Assembly: GCF_018977255.1 (NCBI RefSeq)
Contig: NW_024704742.1
Span: 54,066,001 to 54,130,000, forward strand
Direction of reading: 5' to 3'
Source of the DNA: Callorhinchus milii
Taxonomy: Eukaryota
DNA: 64,000 bases
Positions 50,361-63,379 of this stretch are shown piece after piece. Every line of letters begins with the position of its first letter. Position 1 is the first letter of the stretch. The notes under the pieces are model-generated. The model was not told the origin of the DNA, made no database searches, and saw only the letters and a list, made by a program, of their open reading frames with translations. A program made the position numbers and the translations under genes.

Positions 50361-53352
50361 ACTAATGTGGAGGTCCCAATGTTTGCTCTTCAGTTCACAC
50401 AATGGCAGTCAACAGCACCAGCAAAACACTAGTGCACAAAATAATCGCTTCACACGTCTGTAGCATTGTAGATAAAAGGCTTGATTTCAGGATATTTAAT
50501 TGATGCGCTAAATGACTGAATGGATGTAAATGTGATGGTCCATGAAGTTTTTGCTTGTTTGCTAAATTAATCTAGTATTTTACTGCTTCCCCATGTTTTT
50601 TTTATTGGTGTGATTTGGCACGATATGGCATATTGATTTTATAGATGAGAAAATCTACTTAAGTGTGGACAAATTGTCCTGCAGATTTTCTCCACAGTTG
50701 TCTCGTACAGGAATTACCAATGCTTCTGCAGGCTTCCATTAGCTGTGCCAAATAGATAAAGTAGATTTCAAATTAGTAAATTTTCCTTCTAATACTTTTA
50801 ATATTTTAAAGGGTGAGTAATGCACTTTATATCAGTTTCTTATTTTTTTAAAACTGTAATGGAACACGACTATTCCATCTATGAGGCAATTTAGATGAAT
50901 ACACTTTGTGACTTGGAGTTAAATATCTAGTTATATTTTTGTTTGGAGTAGCTGTATTTGCTGAATTGATTCAAAGTGCTGACAGTAGGATATGTAATTC
51001 AATGAGGAACTCAGTAAACAATGTGATTTTGTTCCAAATTATACAATAGCACAACCTGGTATAAGGTAGGCATATGAAAAGAGTCTTCAGTTTATAAAAG
51101 CCTGATGCTCCCTCCCACCATAGATCTTTTATGGCTAATCTATGCGGTGAAAGAGAAATAGCTTCATGCCCTTAGTCCAATAGGGGCTTCCTTTCTAACA
51201 TCAGGAATGGTATAATGGGTTCAAGTGAAGAGTCCAATAGGAATTCACATAAGGAAAGCATTGGAGCAGTTTAAACATCTGGAAGGAAAAGATGAAGTAT
51301 CTACTGGAACCAAACAGATTCTTCCTAATGCTTTTGGGTGGTGAAAAAATCAGAAAGATACCAAACATCTGCTTCTATCCAGTAGGAAGATAATAAAGAG
51401 GCATGCCTGGTGGTATAACAGGCATACACTAGAAGAGTTAACATTGGAGTTTTGCATTCTTTGAAAGCCATTAGTTATAGTATGCATTTAAATAAGAATT
51501 GATTAATCATGATGAATGATCATAGGAACAGGGAGAATACCGACTTGTATGATCCCCACAAAAAGTAGTCCAGTATTGTCAGTATAAATCTTTGACAAAT
51601 CAAATTGAAATTTTCTTTGACTACACAAGCTCTAATTCTTAGTTATTGATGTGATTGCTCTTTAACAATAGACTTTTATACAATACAGTGAACTAAAATA
51701 AACACATACTCATATGTGATTTAGTTATACAGTATTGTAGTATTTATGCAGTCTTACACTGGATTGATGCCAGTATGAACATGAGCTAAAAATCCCAAAC
51801 CAATAAGGGAACATGTGCTCCTTTGTGCTTCATCTGCCAAGTTAACTGGACAAGATGACACATGTTCAGGGTTCTGAAGAGCAAGTTTAGGACAAATGCC
51901 ATCTTTTGCAAACCTGCTGGAAAAATAGTCAATATTATAAGCATTAATTTTTGTAATGTACTCACTCAATACTGGTGAGTAGTTGAATGTATTTGTTTCT
52001 TTCCTAATCCTTACAGATCCAAACTCCACTTTGACAACCCACCCTGTGCCCACTTCCCAGTGTCCTTTTATGTTAGTCTTTCATACCCTATTATCAAGGC
52101 TAATCAGTCTCCAATAGACTCAACTGATCAAGTGCTGGTGCTCTTCACAATTTTAAGAAAATACAGGGGTAATCATCCTGCATCTGCTATTGTACTGCCA
52201 ATAGGCACAGTGTGGTAAGAGAGCTGAACATTCTTTAATGAATGCTTTAAATTTGGGAATTGATCTGCCAGTTGAATATGTATGTCAGTATGTCAGTAGA
52301 ATTTTGTAGGGTCACTAATTTCACCTTTTGGTGAAAGGAATCAACTGTTCACATTTATCATTTGGACAACCTTTTCCAAGTGTTTTCCCTACCCTGGCAA
52401 GTTGCCTGCTACAATAGGGGAGGTGTCATCCATGAGTTGGGAGCAGTGGGAGGCAAGAGCCAGTTCGGTTATCTTTCCACTCACTCGTCCCCCACCCCGC
52501 CCGACGCACAGACACACACCGTACAAACCTACTGCACATTTATTGGATGCTTTAAAATAGAGCTAAGCATTGAAAAAATCAAGTTGTTACACAGCAGGAC
52601 ACTTTTATCTCTAGAGTTGATTACCTTGACAATTTTAGTATAATAATAATCCTTGCATTTGATGTAGCGCCTTCTCACGTCTTCGAGAGATCTCAAAGCG
52701 CTTAACAGGTTACACTGTAAAGTGGATTCAGCAGTGTCCCATAAACAGTTGTGGGTGGATTGAGTGACCAAATTATTATTATTTATTTATTGAAGGGATT
52801 ATTACCCCCGGAAAAGCGATCCGCTAATCAACTATCAAGCGGGTTCCTACTTACTGCTAGGAAAATAGAGGTGTGTGTGTGGAGTAAGGAAACTTGCCTA
52901 AGGTTTTGCCCTGACCTGACCCGAATATACAATTTGTACTTGATACATGCCTCTTTCCAACCTCTTTCACTGTAGACATCATACTGTCGTTTCTAGAATA
53001 TCTAATAACTTGTTCAAAACTTTCAACCTAACCAGTACTAACCATTTAGAATATTATCAAACACAATTTCAATGTTCATCATTTGCCTTCTGAAATTTAT
53101 TTTTCTAAAAATCTGGACTATGCGTAAGCACTGAAAACAATCAAAAAAAGCAAGAAGTGAATTGAAATTAAGTTCCTTAAGTAGATTGAAATTTGCTTCA
53201 GCAATAGATTCCATGCATACCAGAAACTGTATTACCCCTATTATGAATGAATGTGACTACTTCTCATTCGGAGAACAGTGAGCTTCGTCTAGGCCTTTGA
53301 CCATGAGGGAACTTAGGGGGAGGAATCTCAATCTATCCAAATCCTCATTCAG

Positions 53353-53868
53353 TCTGGCTCAGTCGGTAGCACTCTCGCCTCCAAGTCAGAAGGTTATGGA
53401 TTCATGCCCCATGTTGGGTCTTGGAACTTGTATAATCTAAGCCAACTAGCCACTGCAGTGCTGGGATGTTCTGCATTGTTGGGTTTGTTTCCTTTGGATG
53501 AGATGTTACATCAAGGCTTGTCTGCTATTCAAATGGATGTTAAATATCCCTCGGCACTATTCGAAAATATAATAATAATAATAATTCTTGCATTTAATAT
53601 AGCACCTTGTCATGTTTGGAACATCTCAAAGCACTTCATAGAACATATCGCAAAGTTTCTTCCAGTGACCTTCCAAAAGTTCCCTGATAAAATTCATCTT
53701 TCACTTCATGGTTATTCGTGGGACATTGATGTGGGACATTGACATTGACATGGCTGTCACGTTTGTCCACAAAACACACAATCACCCACTTTACAGTATA
53801 ACCTGTGAAGCGTTTTGGGATGTCCTCCCGATGTAAAAGGCACTATACCAAAAATGCAAGGATTATTA
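53353..53868 (+). mobile_element. Deu-type SINE containing a nested antisense SINE tail
   Basis: Head ggctcagtcggtagcactctcgcc; minus-strand tail insertion at about 53570-53655; own tail interrupted by L2. Confidence 0.75.
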
Positions 53869-56599
53869 CAACAACAACAACAACAACAACTTGGATTTAT
53901 ATAGCACCCTCCACGCTGGACGGCATCTCAGAGCGCTTCACAGTAATGGATCCTGGCGCCAAGCCAGGGGGAGGGGGAGGAAAGTGACCAAAGGTGCGGT
54001 CGAAGAGAAAGGTCTTCAGCAGAGACCTGAAATTAAGAAGAGAGGGAGTGAGGCAAAGGGAGTGAGGAAGGGATTTCCAGAGCCTCGGGGCATAGTGGCT
54101 GAAGGCACAGCTGCCGAGGGGGGAGCGGAGAACTTGGGGGACGAGAAGGAGGCCAGACCCGGAGGAACGAAGGCAACGGGTACTGTTTTGAGGAGAGAGG
54201 AGGTCAGAGAGGTAGGGGGTGCAGAGGAGTGGAGGGATTTGAATACAAGGGTGAGGATCTTGGGACAGGCAGCCAGTGCAGTCTGGCAAGGAATGGGGTG
54301 ATCGGGGAGTGGAGTTTTGTGTGGGTGAGAATGCGGGCGGCAGAATGATCTGGATTTTATGGATGGTAGTGGATGGAAGACCAGCGAGGAGGACATTTGA
54401 ATAGTCCAGCCGAGAGGTGACAAAGGCATGGACTAGGTTTTCAGCGGCTTTCGGAGAGAGGTATTGGCGAAGATGGGCGATGCAACGGTGGTGGAAGAAG
54501 ATGATGCTCGTGAGGAGCCGGATGTGGTGGAGGAAGGATAATTGGGGGTCGAACCTGATGTCAAGGTTGCGTACGGGTTCGGAGAGTTTTAGGGGGAGCT
54601 CGGGTAGGTGGAGGAGGTGAGGGCCGTGAGATTTTAGATGTTGATGAGAGCCAAAGAGTATGACTTCCGTCTTGTCAACGTTCAGCTGAAGGAAATTTGC
54701 ACTCATCCAGCCCCTGAGGTCTGACAGGCAGAACATCAGGGGACTGGGGGTCGCAAAGAGAGGTGGAAAAATAGAGTTGGCTGTCATCCACCTACATGTG
54801 GAAGTGTCCCCCATGTCTGCGGATGACATCCCCAAGAGGGAGCATGTAGATCAGAAAGAGGAGGGGTCCAAGGATGTACCTTGGAGTATCCCGCAGGTGA
54901 CTGGGTGAGAGTGAGGGGAGAAGCCGTTTGTGCAGATGTACTGCTGGCGGTTTGTGAGGTAGGACTTGAACCAGGCGAGTGCGGTCCCACTGAGGTGGAA
55001 GATGGAGGAAAGACGGTGGAGGAGGATGGCGTGATCGACTGTGTCGAACGCAGTGGAGAGGTCCAGGAGGACAAGGAGGCAGGGGGAGCCCTGGTCACAG
55101 ATAGAGAGGATGTTGTTTGTGACTTTCACAAGTGCAGTCTCTGTACTGTGGGCAGAGTGGAAACCGGACTGGAGGGGTTCGAAGAGGGAGTGGGAGGAGA
55201 GGTGGGCGCGAAGTTGGTTGGCAACAACGTGTTGAAGGCTTTTGCGAGGAAGGGCAGGTTAGAAATGGGGCGGTAGTGGCTGGGGTTTGAGGGATCTAGG
55301 GAAGGTTTTTTGAGGAGAGGGGTGATGACAGCAGTTTTGAGGGAGGCAGGGACTGATCCGGAGGAGAGGGATTGGTTGATGATGATGAATTTTAGATGAA
55401 AAGAAGTCCATGACCTCCTCGCACTTGGCATTTGATATGAAGATTGATGAGGCCTGAGGGGGGGCACGGAGGAGGTAGTGGGTGGTGGAAAAAAGGATTT
55501 TAGGATTGTTTTTAGCCTCCAAGATGTTGTTGGAGTAGAAGGCTGTTTTTGCGCGTCAAGGATCGGCGGTAGCTGTGGAGATGCTCGAGCCACAGTTGTC
55601 GGTGAACTGTCAGGCCAGTTTTCCGCTGTCTGCGCTCGAGCAGTCGGGTTTAGGTTTTTAGGTGGCGGAGATGGTTGTTGTACCAGGTGGATCGGGTGGG
55701 TTTGGAGGTGATCCTGGATTTCAGGGGGATGAGGGAGTTGAAGGTGGAGGAGAGGTGATCATGGAGCAGCTGGATGGTTGCTTCAGGATCTCCGCGGGTG
55801 GAAGGCCAGAGGGATAGGATGTTTGATGATGCGAGGGCCTTTGTGAGGGTCTCGGGGTAGCCTTTTCCAAGGGCGATAGAGGATGGTTGAGGGCTTGGTG
55901 GAGGAGAGAGGGTTGTGAGAGGAGAAGGAGATGAGGAAATCTCCGAGATATTCTCGGAAATCTCCGAGATGGCCTTGTCCACTGTACTGAGGTTGGAAAT
56001 GTCAAGGCTGTGGGTGATAACAAGGTCAAGGACACGACCACAGTTGTGGGTAGGTGAATTTATATGAAGAGTGAGGTTTAGGGAGGAGAGGAGAGCAGTG
56101 AAGTCGGCAGAAGAGGTGCAGGGGGAGTTTAGGTGGAGGTTGAAATCACCCATTATGAGCAGGCACTTGGAGCAGAGGGACAGGGAAGATAGGAGAGTAG
56201 AAATATCTGTGTGGAAGGAGCCGGAGGGCTTAGGTGGGTGGTAGACAAGGAGGATTTTCGATGGGAAAGAGGGGTGGAAGAGGGTGAGGTGCTCGCAGGA
56301 GGGGAAGCAGCCAGAGGAGTAGGGGGTAAGACCAAGGGAGGCTTTGGAAATGAGGGCCACCCCGCTGCCACGTTGGTTTGGACGGGGAGTGTGGTGGAAG
56401 GTGTAGCCTGGAGGGAAGGCTTCTACTAGGAGTACGGGGTCACTGGGGGAGGGCCAGGTTTCGGTGAGCCCAAGAATGTCAAGGCGCTCGTCCAGGATGA
56501 GGTCGTGGATGGTGAGGGGTTTATTTGAGAGGGAATGGACGTTTTGGAGGGAAAGGCAGGTGGGTTTGCAGGAGGGAGGGAGGAGAGAGTGATGCGGAG
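53869..56599 (-). mobile_element. Longest L2 copy (ORF2 from APE endonuclease to 3' tail, frameshifted)
   Basis: LGLTETW, VYHPPK, IMGDFNLH, VLDLVIT (APE endonuclease); YRPISNLPF, LLDLSTAFDTVDH, FLQLNVDKTE (RT); TSD AGGATTATTA at 53859-53868 and 56600-56609. Confidence 0.95.
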
Positions 56600-57360
56600 A
56601 GGATTATTATTATATTTATTCCACATTTCTGTATGCGTGTTCTAGCAGCTGATCACTGGATAGCAATCAGCGAGAAGCCTCTCTAATGCTACCAATCTTC
56701 CCTCCTGCTTTGGGTGCCTGAGGGCAAATGTACCAATTTTATTGTCACTCTAGTGGAATGTCTGCGCAGACTGGAAATCGGGCATGTGATTTTCCTATGC
56801 TCTTTTGCTCAGCTTCATCCTGGGGAAGTTGCTTTCCTATTTTCAGTGGAGCTTCAGACAATGATTCCTGATCAGTCAAAGGCAACAAAGTCTTCAGATA
56901 TAGTGGCAAATGTGAGCCAAAATAGATTCAGTTCCTGCTTGCTACTACTATATGAAGGGCATTTTAGGAAAAAAATGCTTTGCTGCAGACTGAGCAGGAC
57001 TTTGAACTTCAATGCTTGCATGCACAATGAAAAGACAATTTGATAATGAACCTATAATGAGATCACTGCACTTACAAACAGTTAGATACACACTTTAAAT
57101 CCATTTGGCTGCACTTTGGAAAACGAACCTCTGCTACAGAATCAGCTCAGCTGTACAACTTACGTAAACTTAATGCTCAATTTAGCTTTCAGCTTGGATG
57201 TACAGTACCAAGAGTACTAACCACAGGATTCACTGCATGGTTCAAACACAAGCCAAGCCAACATAAACTTTGATGCACAGCTTAAAAACAGGCTTCACTG
57301 GAAAACCTAAACCAGTATCGTGCTGGGGGCTGTCCTCATGATTTCATGTTTATCATCAAA

Positions 57361-57652
57361 GGGTTATCGCCTGGGCCAATATAAAAGTGTGGGCACAAGT
57401 TTTCCGCACTTCCCGCCACAATGGGCCTTGCACGCTACAAACAGTCCTCGGGTACTAACCCAGGCCTTTCGCGCTGTTTGCTCGATGCTGTAACTGCGGC
57501 TGGAGCGGCTCCGATCACGCACATGTGGTGCGGTGAATTTGGGGATTGCGGAAGCGACATGTAGCGGGAAATCGACTTCGCTGGTGAGTAAACCTCGATA
57601 GCAAAAGCAGCTGCGTCACACACTGCTGTACTGCAACACAATCTTGGTAAGT
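57361..57652 (+). promoter_or_regulatory. Intronic CpG-rich, promoter-like segment
   Basis: About 20 CpG in 57361-57620 against a CpG-poor background; CCAAT overlapping TATAAAA at 57376-57386; TTCCCGCC and GCGGGAAA (E2F-like); GCGGAAG (ETS-like); TGCGTCA; donors GTGAGT 57584 and GTAAGT 57647. Confidence 0.5.
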
Positions 57653-59079
57653 GCTGAACTATTCAAATTAAAATATTTAGTTGAAGCTGTCGGGAAGGGA
57701 GGGGAAAAGTGGAGGAGTGTTCAATTCCATGGCCTTTCTAAGAATATTTGGGGAAAATGCAACATTTCATAACAGCTTTCATACAACAATTATTGTATTT
57801 TTCACTCCTTGATGAAATATACCACCAACAATTCCCAGATAAAATTGTACAAACGTTTTCTGGTTGTTTATGTGGTATTGCTGTGTGCAAATGGCAAATT
57901 GACTGCCATGTTCGCCTACAAATCCACAACTGTTTGTGGGACAATGCTGTGCACAATTGGCTGAAAAATATTGCACTGGATATTTATACCTGCTGATTTC
58001 TTAAAACATGCTAATGTAGTGTAAACCACAACATGTTGTTCAGTACTGAATGCATTTTGAGGTAAATACAAATCCAATGGCTTTGCAAATTCAAATATTT
58101 AATTTTTAATATAGTGCCAAAAAGGGTCTTTATCTGCAAAACTACAAGTTAATTTTGTGTGAGGGAATACAATTGTTCAGATTAGGAGCACAGTCTCTTT
58201 CACAATGCGCTTTATTGGACGTTTCTCCACATGATGCTATGCAGAACAGATGTTTTTATCACAGGCAATAGAAATGCACACACAATACCACAGGCAAGTT
58301 TGTCATAAAACCCCAAAGTGAACAAACCACTTCAATTAAGGTTTGCCCTGAGCTATATTGGAACCTCAGTCGTAGTTTTTGGCTTTTATATTTTTATAGT
58401 TTATAGTTGGGATAAAGCCCAGACTTATCCATTAGCCTGCAGGATTGTTTTTTGCACCTGCAAAACAACTTTTAATGAGTTATGTATCTTTCCTCTATAC
58501 TTTGTCAATTGCGTTCTATTCTTGCACTTGCCCATGTTGAAAGTGTTACTACTGTACATCTCATTCTTCCATCCAGAGTGTACAACAACAACAGATTGCA
58601 TTTATATAGTGCCTTTTACGTCAGGAGGATATCCTAAGGTGCTGGACAGTTGAGGGTTTGCACCCAAGCTGGATTTGAGAGGGGTGGGGGTCAAGGGTGC
58701 CAGTAGTGTGTGTGGGGGAGATAATCACAGGCGTGTTCTGGAATGGGTGTCCAAACTGTGGGCAGGAGGATAGAAGTCATGTTCTCACACAGTTCATGCT
58801 GTGTTGCTCTCCAGGAAGTTTGCAACAGCAGCTTGCATTTATATATGCCCTGTGCAAATGATATGGAATGCTTGACAATGACTAGTTGTGTGCCATGCAA
58901 GGGAGAGGGAGAAGGAGGAGGTGAACATGGGAATGGTTGGAGAGATACTTTTTAAGGCAGGACCGGAAAAATGGTAGAGAGGGAGCAAGATGGAGAGGTA
59001 GAGTGAGAGAGTTCCAGGTGACGGGTGAGTAATCTAAAAGATCAGCCACCGATCACACAAGGTCACATAGTAGGATTGA

Positions 59080-59540
59080 ATGAAGAAGTCTCCTTGGCTC
59101 AACCAGTCTCATTCCTCCAGACCATGTACCCTACCATCCCCCCAGCACCACATCAAGCTGCCTTTTAAATGAGTCTAGTACCCTGGCCTCTGCCTCATGT
59201 CTTCGAGACGTCTCAAAGCGCTTTACAGAATATACTATAAAGTGAATTGACTGTATATTTTGTGGACGTAACGAGCCAGTCAATTTCACACAGCAGTGTC
59301 CCACAAACAGTCATGATACTTCCTAAAGTATTACTTGGTTTACGTATTCAATCCCATTTAAAATGTGATACACTTCTATGAGGTCCTCTCTGAGTCGTCT
59401 TAGCTCATTCCTCTAACACTGGGGATCCCCCTCATTGCTATCCTCTGTATTGCCCCCAGGGCTTAGACAGCCCCCTTATGTTGCGGTAACCCGAAAATTA
59501 CGCAGTATTTAATGGTATAGTCTGACCAGAGCATATATTG
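59080..59540 (-). mobile_element. Degraded CR1 3' part with a nested SINE tail
   Basis: Reverse complement resembles YxALVRPxLEYCV and the CR1 3' UTR; SINE fragment at about 59195-59315. Confidence 0.6.
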
Positions 59541-60359
59541 AAGTGTGTACAGCAAGGCACTGTTATAAATTCTAAGTGCTTTTTGGGGTCTTGATACTAA
59601 TTATGATCTGTGCATTATACATTTGGAAGAAATTACATTTTCTTTGCACTTTATGGCCTTAATGCTGTGTTTTAATGTGTACATATCTAATTTAACGGCT
59701 AGGATTCTCATTTAAAGTAATCTAATCTTGTAAGTGAATATAAAAACATTTTTATCCATACACGCTAGGAACAGGGTGTCTCTTTATCAGATACAGAATT
59801 CTCCTCGAGGCATTTGCTCTTGCCGATGTCTTTTCAGTATAATAATAATAATATAGTCCTACAATGAGGTAAGAGAAACCAAAAATGGATAGTGAAGAGG
59901 TAATCAAAGTGGAGGAAGCACTGTGGAATTTATTACAGCTACTCACGTAATAATAAAAATAATAACAATAATCCTTGCATATGATATAGCACCTCATCAC
60001 ATGATTGAGACGTCTCAAAGCGCTTCACAGAATATATTGTAAAGTGAATTGACTGTGTATTTTGTGGGAGAATAATAATGATACTTAATACCAGAAATAA
60101 ATCTTAGGTACAAGATGACAGTACTTTTTTGCTGGTTAAGAGTAACTTATTCAAGCAGATGTTTCAATTAGTCTGCTGTGATCTGCAAAATTGTAATTGT
60201 GTAGTCTTCAGTGGTTTGAATTGTTATTGCGTTAGAAGGATAATATTCAATACTCATCAATTAATTAGTGGCTTACGCAAAAGCCTGACCTGTATTTAGT
60301 GGGCTGCAAGTCTTCCACCTGCACAGAACATTTTCAGAGTTTAGGACAGTCATTTCTAG

Positions 60360-60630
60360 GCTTTGCTGATGGTTCAGTGGGTAATTGCAGTACACAGTGC
60401 ACTGCTGACCAGACCAGGAAGCGATCTGGGTTTATTCACTAGTCTCTGCTGGTTTGCTACTGGGGAAATGGAAGGGGTGGGATCAGAGGAGCATATTTCA
60501 GCTGGTTCTCACTTTCCAGATCGAGATGTGGTATGACAATGAACCTGTTTGTATGTGGGTTGAGCACAGGATCAGGCTCAGCTTGTGATGCCTCCAAGCC
60601 CAGTCAGATAGCCTGCCGACATTCATTAGG
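60360..60630 (+). mobile_element. Ancient SINE-like repeat of a different family
   Basis: tRNA-like start tggttcagtgggtaa...cagaccaggaag; body aggatcaggctcagcttgtgatgcc...atagcctgccgaca; weak antisense similarity to about 53250-53347 and 56625-56800. Confidence 0.45.
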
Positions 60631-61859
60631 AATAAACCAAAAATATAATTGCAAGTGCTTTTTAGTCAGAAGTTTCAATTGTTTTTTTCGCCACCAAAGG
60701 TAATCCATCAATTCTCGTGTGAATGGTACTCCTGTGGGGAGAAACTCTACCTGGATCATAACTTACTCTTATTTATGTATCAGGCCGACTCAGTTGGTAG
60801 CACTCTCGCCCCAGAGTCGGAAGGTTGTGGCTTCAAACTCCACGTCAGGATTTTGAACTCGTAGTCTAGGCTGACACTCCAGTACAGTGCCAGGGGTGTG
60901 CTGCATTGTTGGCGGCATAGTCCTTTGGGTGAGACATTAAACCGATGTCCTGTCTGCCTGTTAAAGTGGACGTTAAAGATTACATAGCACTGTTGAAAAA
61001 GTAAAGGGACCTCACTTTACAGTGAATCCTGTGAAGCACTTGAGACATCCTCCTAAGGTAAAAGGCGCTATATCAACTGCAAGATTTTTCCCATTTTTTT
61101 ATTGAAGTTATATTTTGGAATATGGAAGTTGCAGAGAAATGGGAGCAAAGGAGTCAGGTCCTCGTGAAGTAATTACATTTCCTTACTGTTGGTAGTCACT
61201 ATGTATGCGACTGTGATCACTGAAAGATACTTATGTTTTAATTTGAGAGTTTTCATCAGCAGTAAGGAACTGATTGTGTGTTGGGCTGTGACAACCAATA
61301 CTAACAACTGCGCTAGCATAAGTTTGCTCAATGAAAACCACGATAAACAATTTATTATATCCCTGTTGAAATGTACATGGATTAGTACTGCAACTTTGAA
61401 TCCTTCAAGAAACTTAAATTTTTGTTAATGCTGGTATTTTTGCCTAATTCCTTTCATTCATGTTCAACTAGATTGCTTTCCATAGTCAACGTTTGAAGTA
61501 CAGAAGAAGAGTCGTGGATAAAGATTGTTCCTTGGAGTAATGAAACTCACCCTTCTTGACATTAACTTTCCCATCATGGCAATTGATTTTACCTTGAATA
61601 ATCCAAATGGTTTTGCCTCCTGCATTACTTGTAATATTATTCATCTTTGAGGAAAGATGTTTTTCCAGATATCTTTTTATTAATTTCCCTTTACGTCCCC
61701 TGGGCCTATCATGGGTGGTAGGATAAACATGAAAAATGTTTTACAAGGAAATGACTGATCTCCTGGAAAGATCCTTTTAAAAAATCTTTTGCTGCTTCTT
61801 CTGCCTCCACTGCTCTTCCCAAATGTTATGTTGTCAGTAAAGATATTGAGCTGGGTTTC

Positions 61860-62190
61860 AGCATCCAGAATGTTTACAGCACTTCAAGATTACTAGGAGG
61901 CACCAGTGATTAGAGCACATAGTTATAAGATGATCACAAAAAAGAGCAAAAGGGGAGCTTACGGAAAAAAAAACACTCAAATATTTGTTAGGATATGGAA
62001 TACCCTGCCAAGGAAGCAATTTTGGCAAAGTTCATTGTGGGTTTCAAGAGAGAAGTACTGTAGATGGGTATACGAAAGATTAAGACTGAAAGATAAAGGG
62101 GAATAGAGATTGAGATTGGATGAACAGCTTTGCTCTGAGAGCTGGTGCAGATTTCATGAGCTGAATAACCTTCTTGTGCATTGCAAATTT
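61860..62190 (+). mobile_element. Degraded CR1 3' end
   Basis: gatatggaataccctgcca, gctgaataaccttcttgtg...ttctatga resemble the CR1 3' end at 48580-48800. Confidence 0.6.
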
Positions 62191-62323
62191 CTATGATAAT
62201 CTGAGACACTATCCTATGTGAAGCCCCTATGTCATTCATGTATGTTAAGATAATAACAGAATTGAGTCCATGAAAGGAATTTTAATTGGTGATTCATTCT
62301 CATCGTTTCCCCTTGTATGACAG

Positions 62324-62493
62324 AACCTGCTGGCGGAGAAGGTGGAGCAGCTGATGGAATGGAGCTCGAGACGTTCAGTTATTCGAATGAATGGTGACAA
62401 GTTCCGACGCTTTGTGAAGGCCCCGCCTCGTAATTACTCAGTGATTGTGATGTTCACTGCCCTTCAGCCCCAGAGACAGTGCTCAGTTTGCAG
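62324..62493 (+). CDS. TUSC3: TUSC3 coding exon 2 (start of thioredoxin-like lumenal domain, CxxC)
   Basis: Acceptor tttccccttgtatgacag| and donor CAG|gtgaga. The 170 nt read in phase 0 as [56 protein letters not shown](R). [18 protein letters not shown] and PQRQCSVC match TUSC3 better than MAGT1. Confidence 0.96.
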
Positions 62494-62631
62494 GTGAGAG
62501 AAATAAAAACAAATGGACCAATGTTCACGAGCATATAATAAAGTAAAACAATAAAAAATGTTGGTGAGATGTAACTTCTGAAGTCTATCAATTTAGAGTA
62601 ATGTAATGACATTGACGTATAGTTCAAGCTT

Positions 62632-62991
62632 GTGGAGAACCGTAGCGCAGTAGTTCACTCACACGCCTCACGAGCGAGAGGCCCCGGGTTCGATTCCCGG
62701 GCTGGATGAAACCTTAGGCAAGTTTTCTTACCCTACACGACTCTGTTTACCTAGTAGTAAGTAGGAATCCAGTTGTTGGCCAATTGGCAGATTGCTTTCA
62801 GGGGGTAATATTCCCTCAAAAAAAATATTTTTTCAATGCAAGACTGTTTGTGGGACACTGCTGTGTGCAACTCACTACCGCATTTCACCCACAAAATACT
62901 GTCACTTTACTGTATATTCTGTGAAGCACTTTGAGACGTCTCAATGATGTGATAAGGCGCTATATCAAATGCAAGGATTATTATTATTATT
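62632..62991 (+). mobile_element. tRNA-derived SINE, long subfamily with a different (Val-like) head, in intron 2
   Basis: B box GGTTCGATTCC, internal segment present, (TTA)n tail, TSD AAGCT at 62626-62630 and 62992-62996. Confidence 0.88.
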
Positions 62992-63379
62992 AAGCTCACT
63001 TTATGTAAAATTGGAATACATAAAAATAATAGCTCACAATGTAGGAATTTGGATTTTTCAAATCGTGCAATTTCAATTTTTCAAATTGTTTCCTTTTTCA
63101 TTCGTGCATCAAAAAGCTGTACATCTGCAACCTTTATAAAAAAAAGCTTTATTTAGTTTGAAGTCATGATTGCAATCGCATTGTCAATTGAAGAAAAAGA
63201 TGACTTTTCTTGACTTTAATTATTACAATATTCAGCTAGTATTCACACTATGTTTCATCTTTCATTGATATTTTATGATTTTTTGAGACATCAAAGCATT
63301 TATTATTCATGTGAAAACTTAAGTAGCAAACCATAATGCCAAATAAGCTTCCAATATTATAACTGTTATAAGTTGTCAT

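Larger units (their letters stand above)
1241..62323 (+). other. TUSC3: TUSC3 intron 1 (61,083 bp, GT-AG, phase 0)
   Basis: Exon 1 joins exon 2 in frame (KKE|NLL) as in other vertebrate TUSC3 genes; no other TUSC3 coding sequence is seen between them. Confidence 0.9.

Noticed and set aside
49133..52053. Minus-strand ORFs of about 100 aa (49133-49435, 51754-52053) with plausible splice sites, suggesting a nested antisense gene
   Set aside because: The candidate exons 51913-51758 and 49368-49137 do not join in a compatible phase, I recognise no protein family, and a few ORFs of this length are expected by chance in 64 kb.
62324..62493. MAGT1 as an alternative gene identity
   Set aside because: [18 protein letters not shown] and QPQRQCSVC fit TUSC3 better than its paralogue MAGT1.
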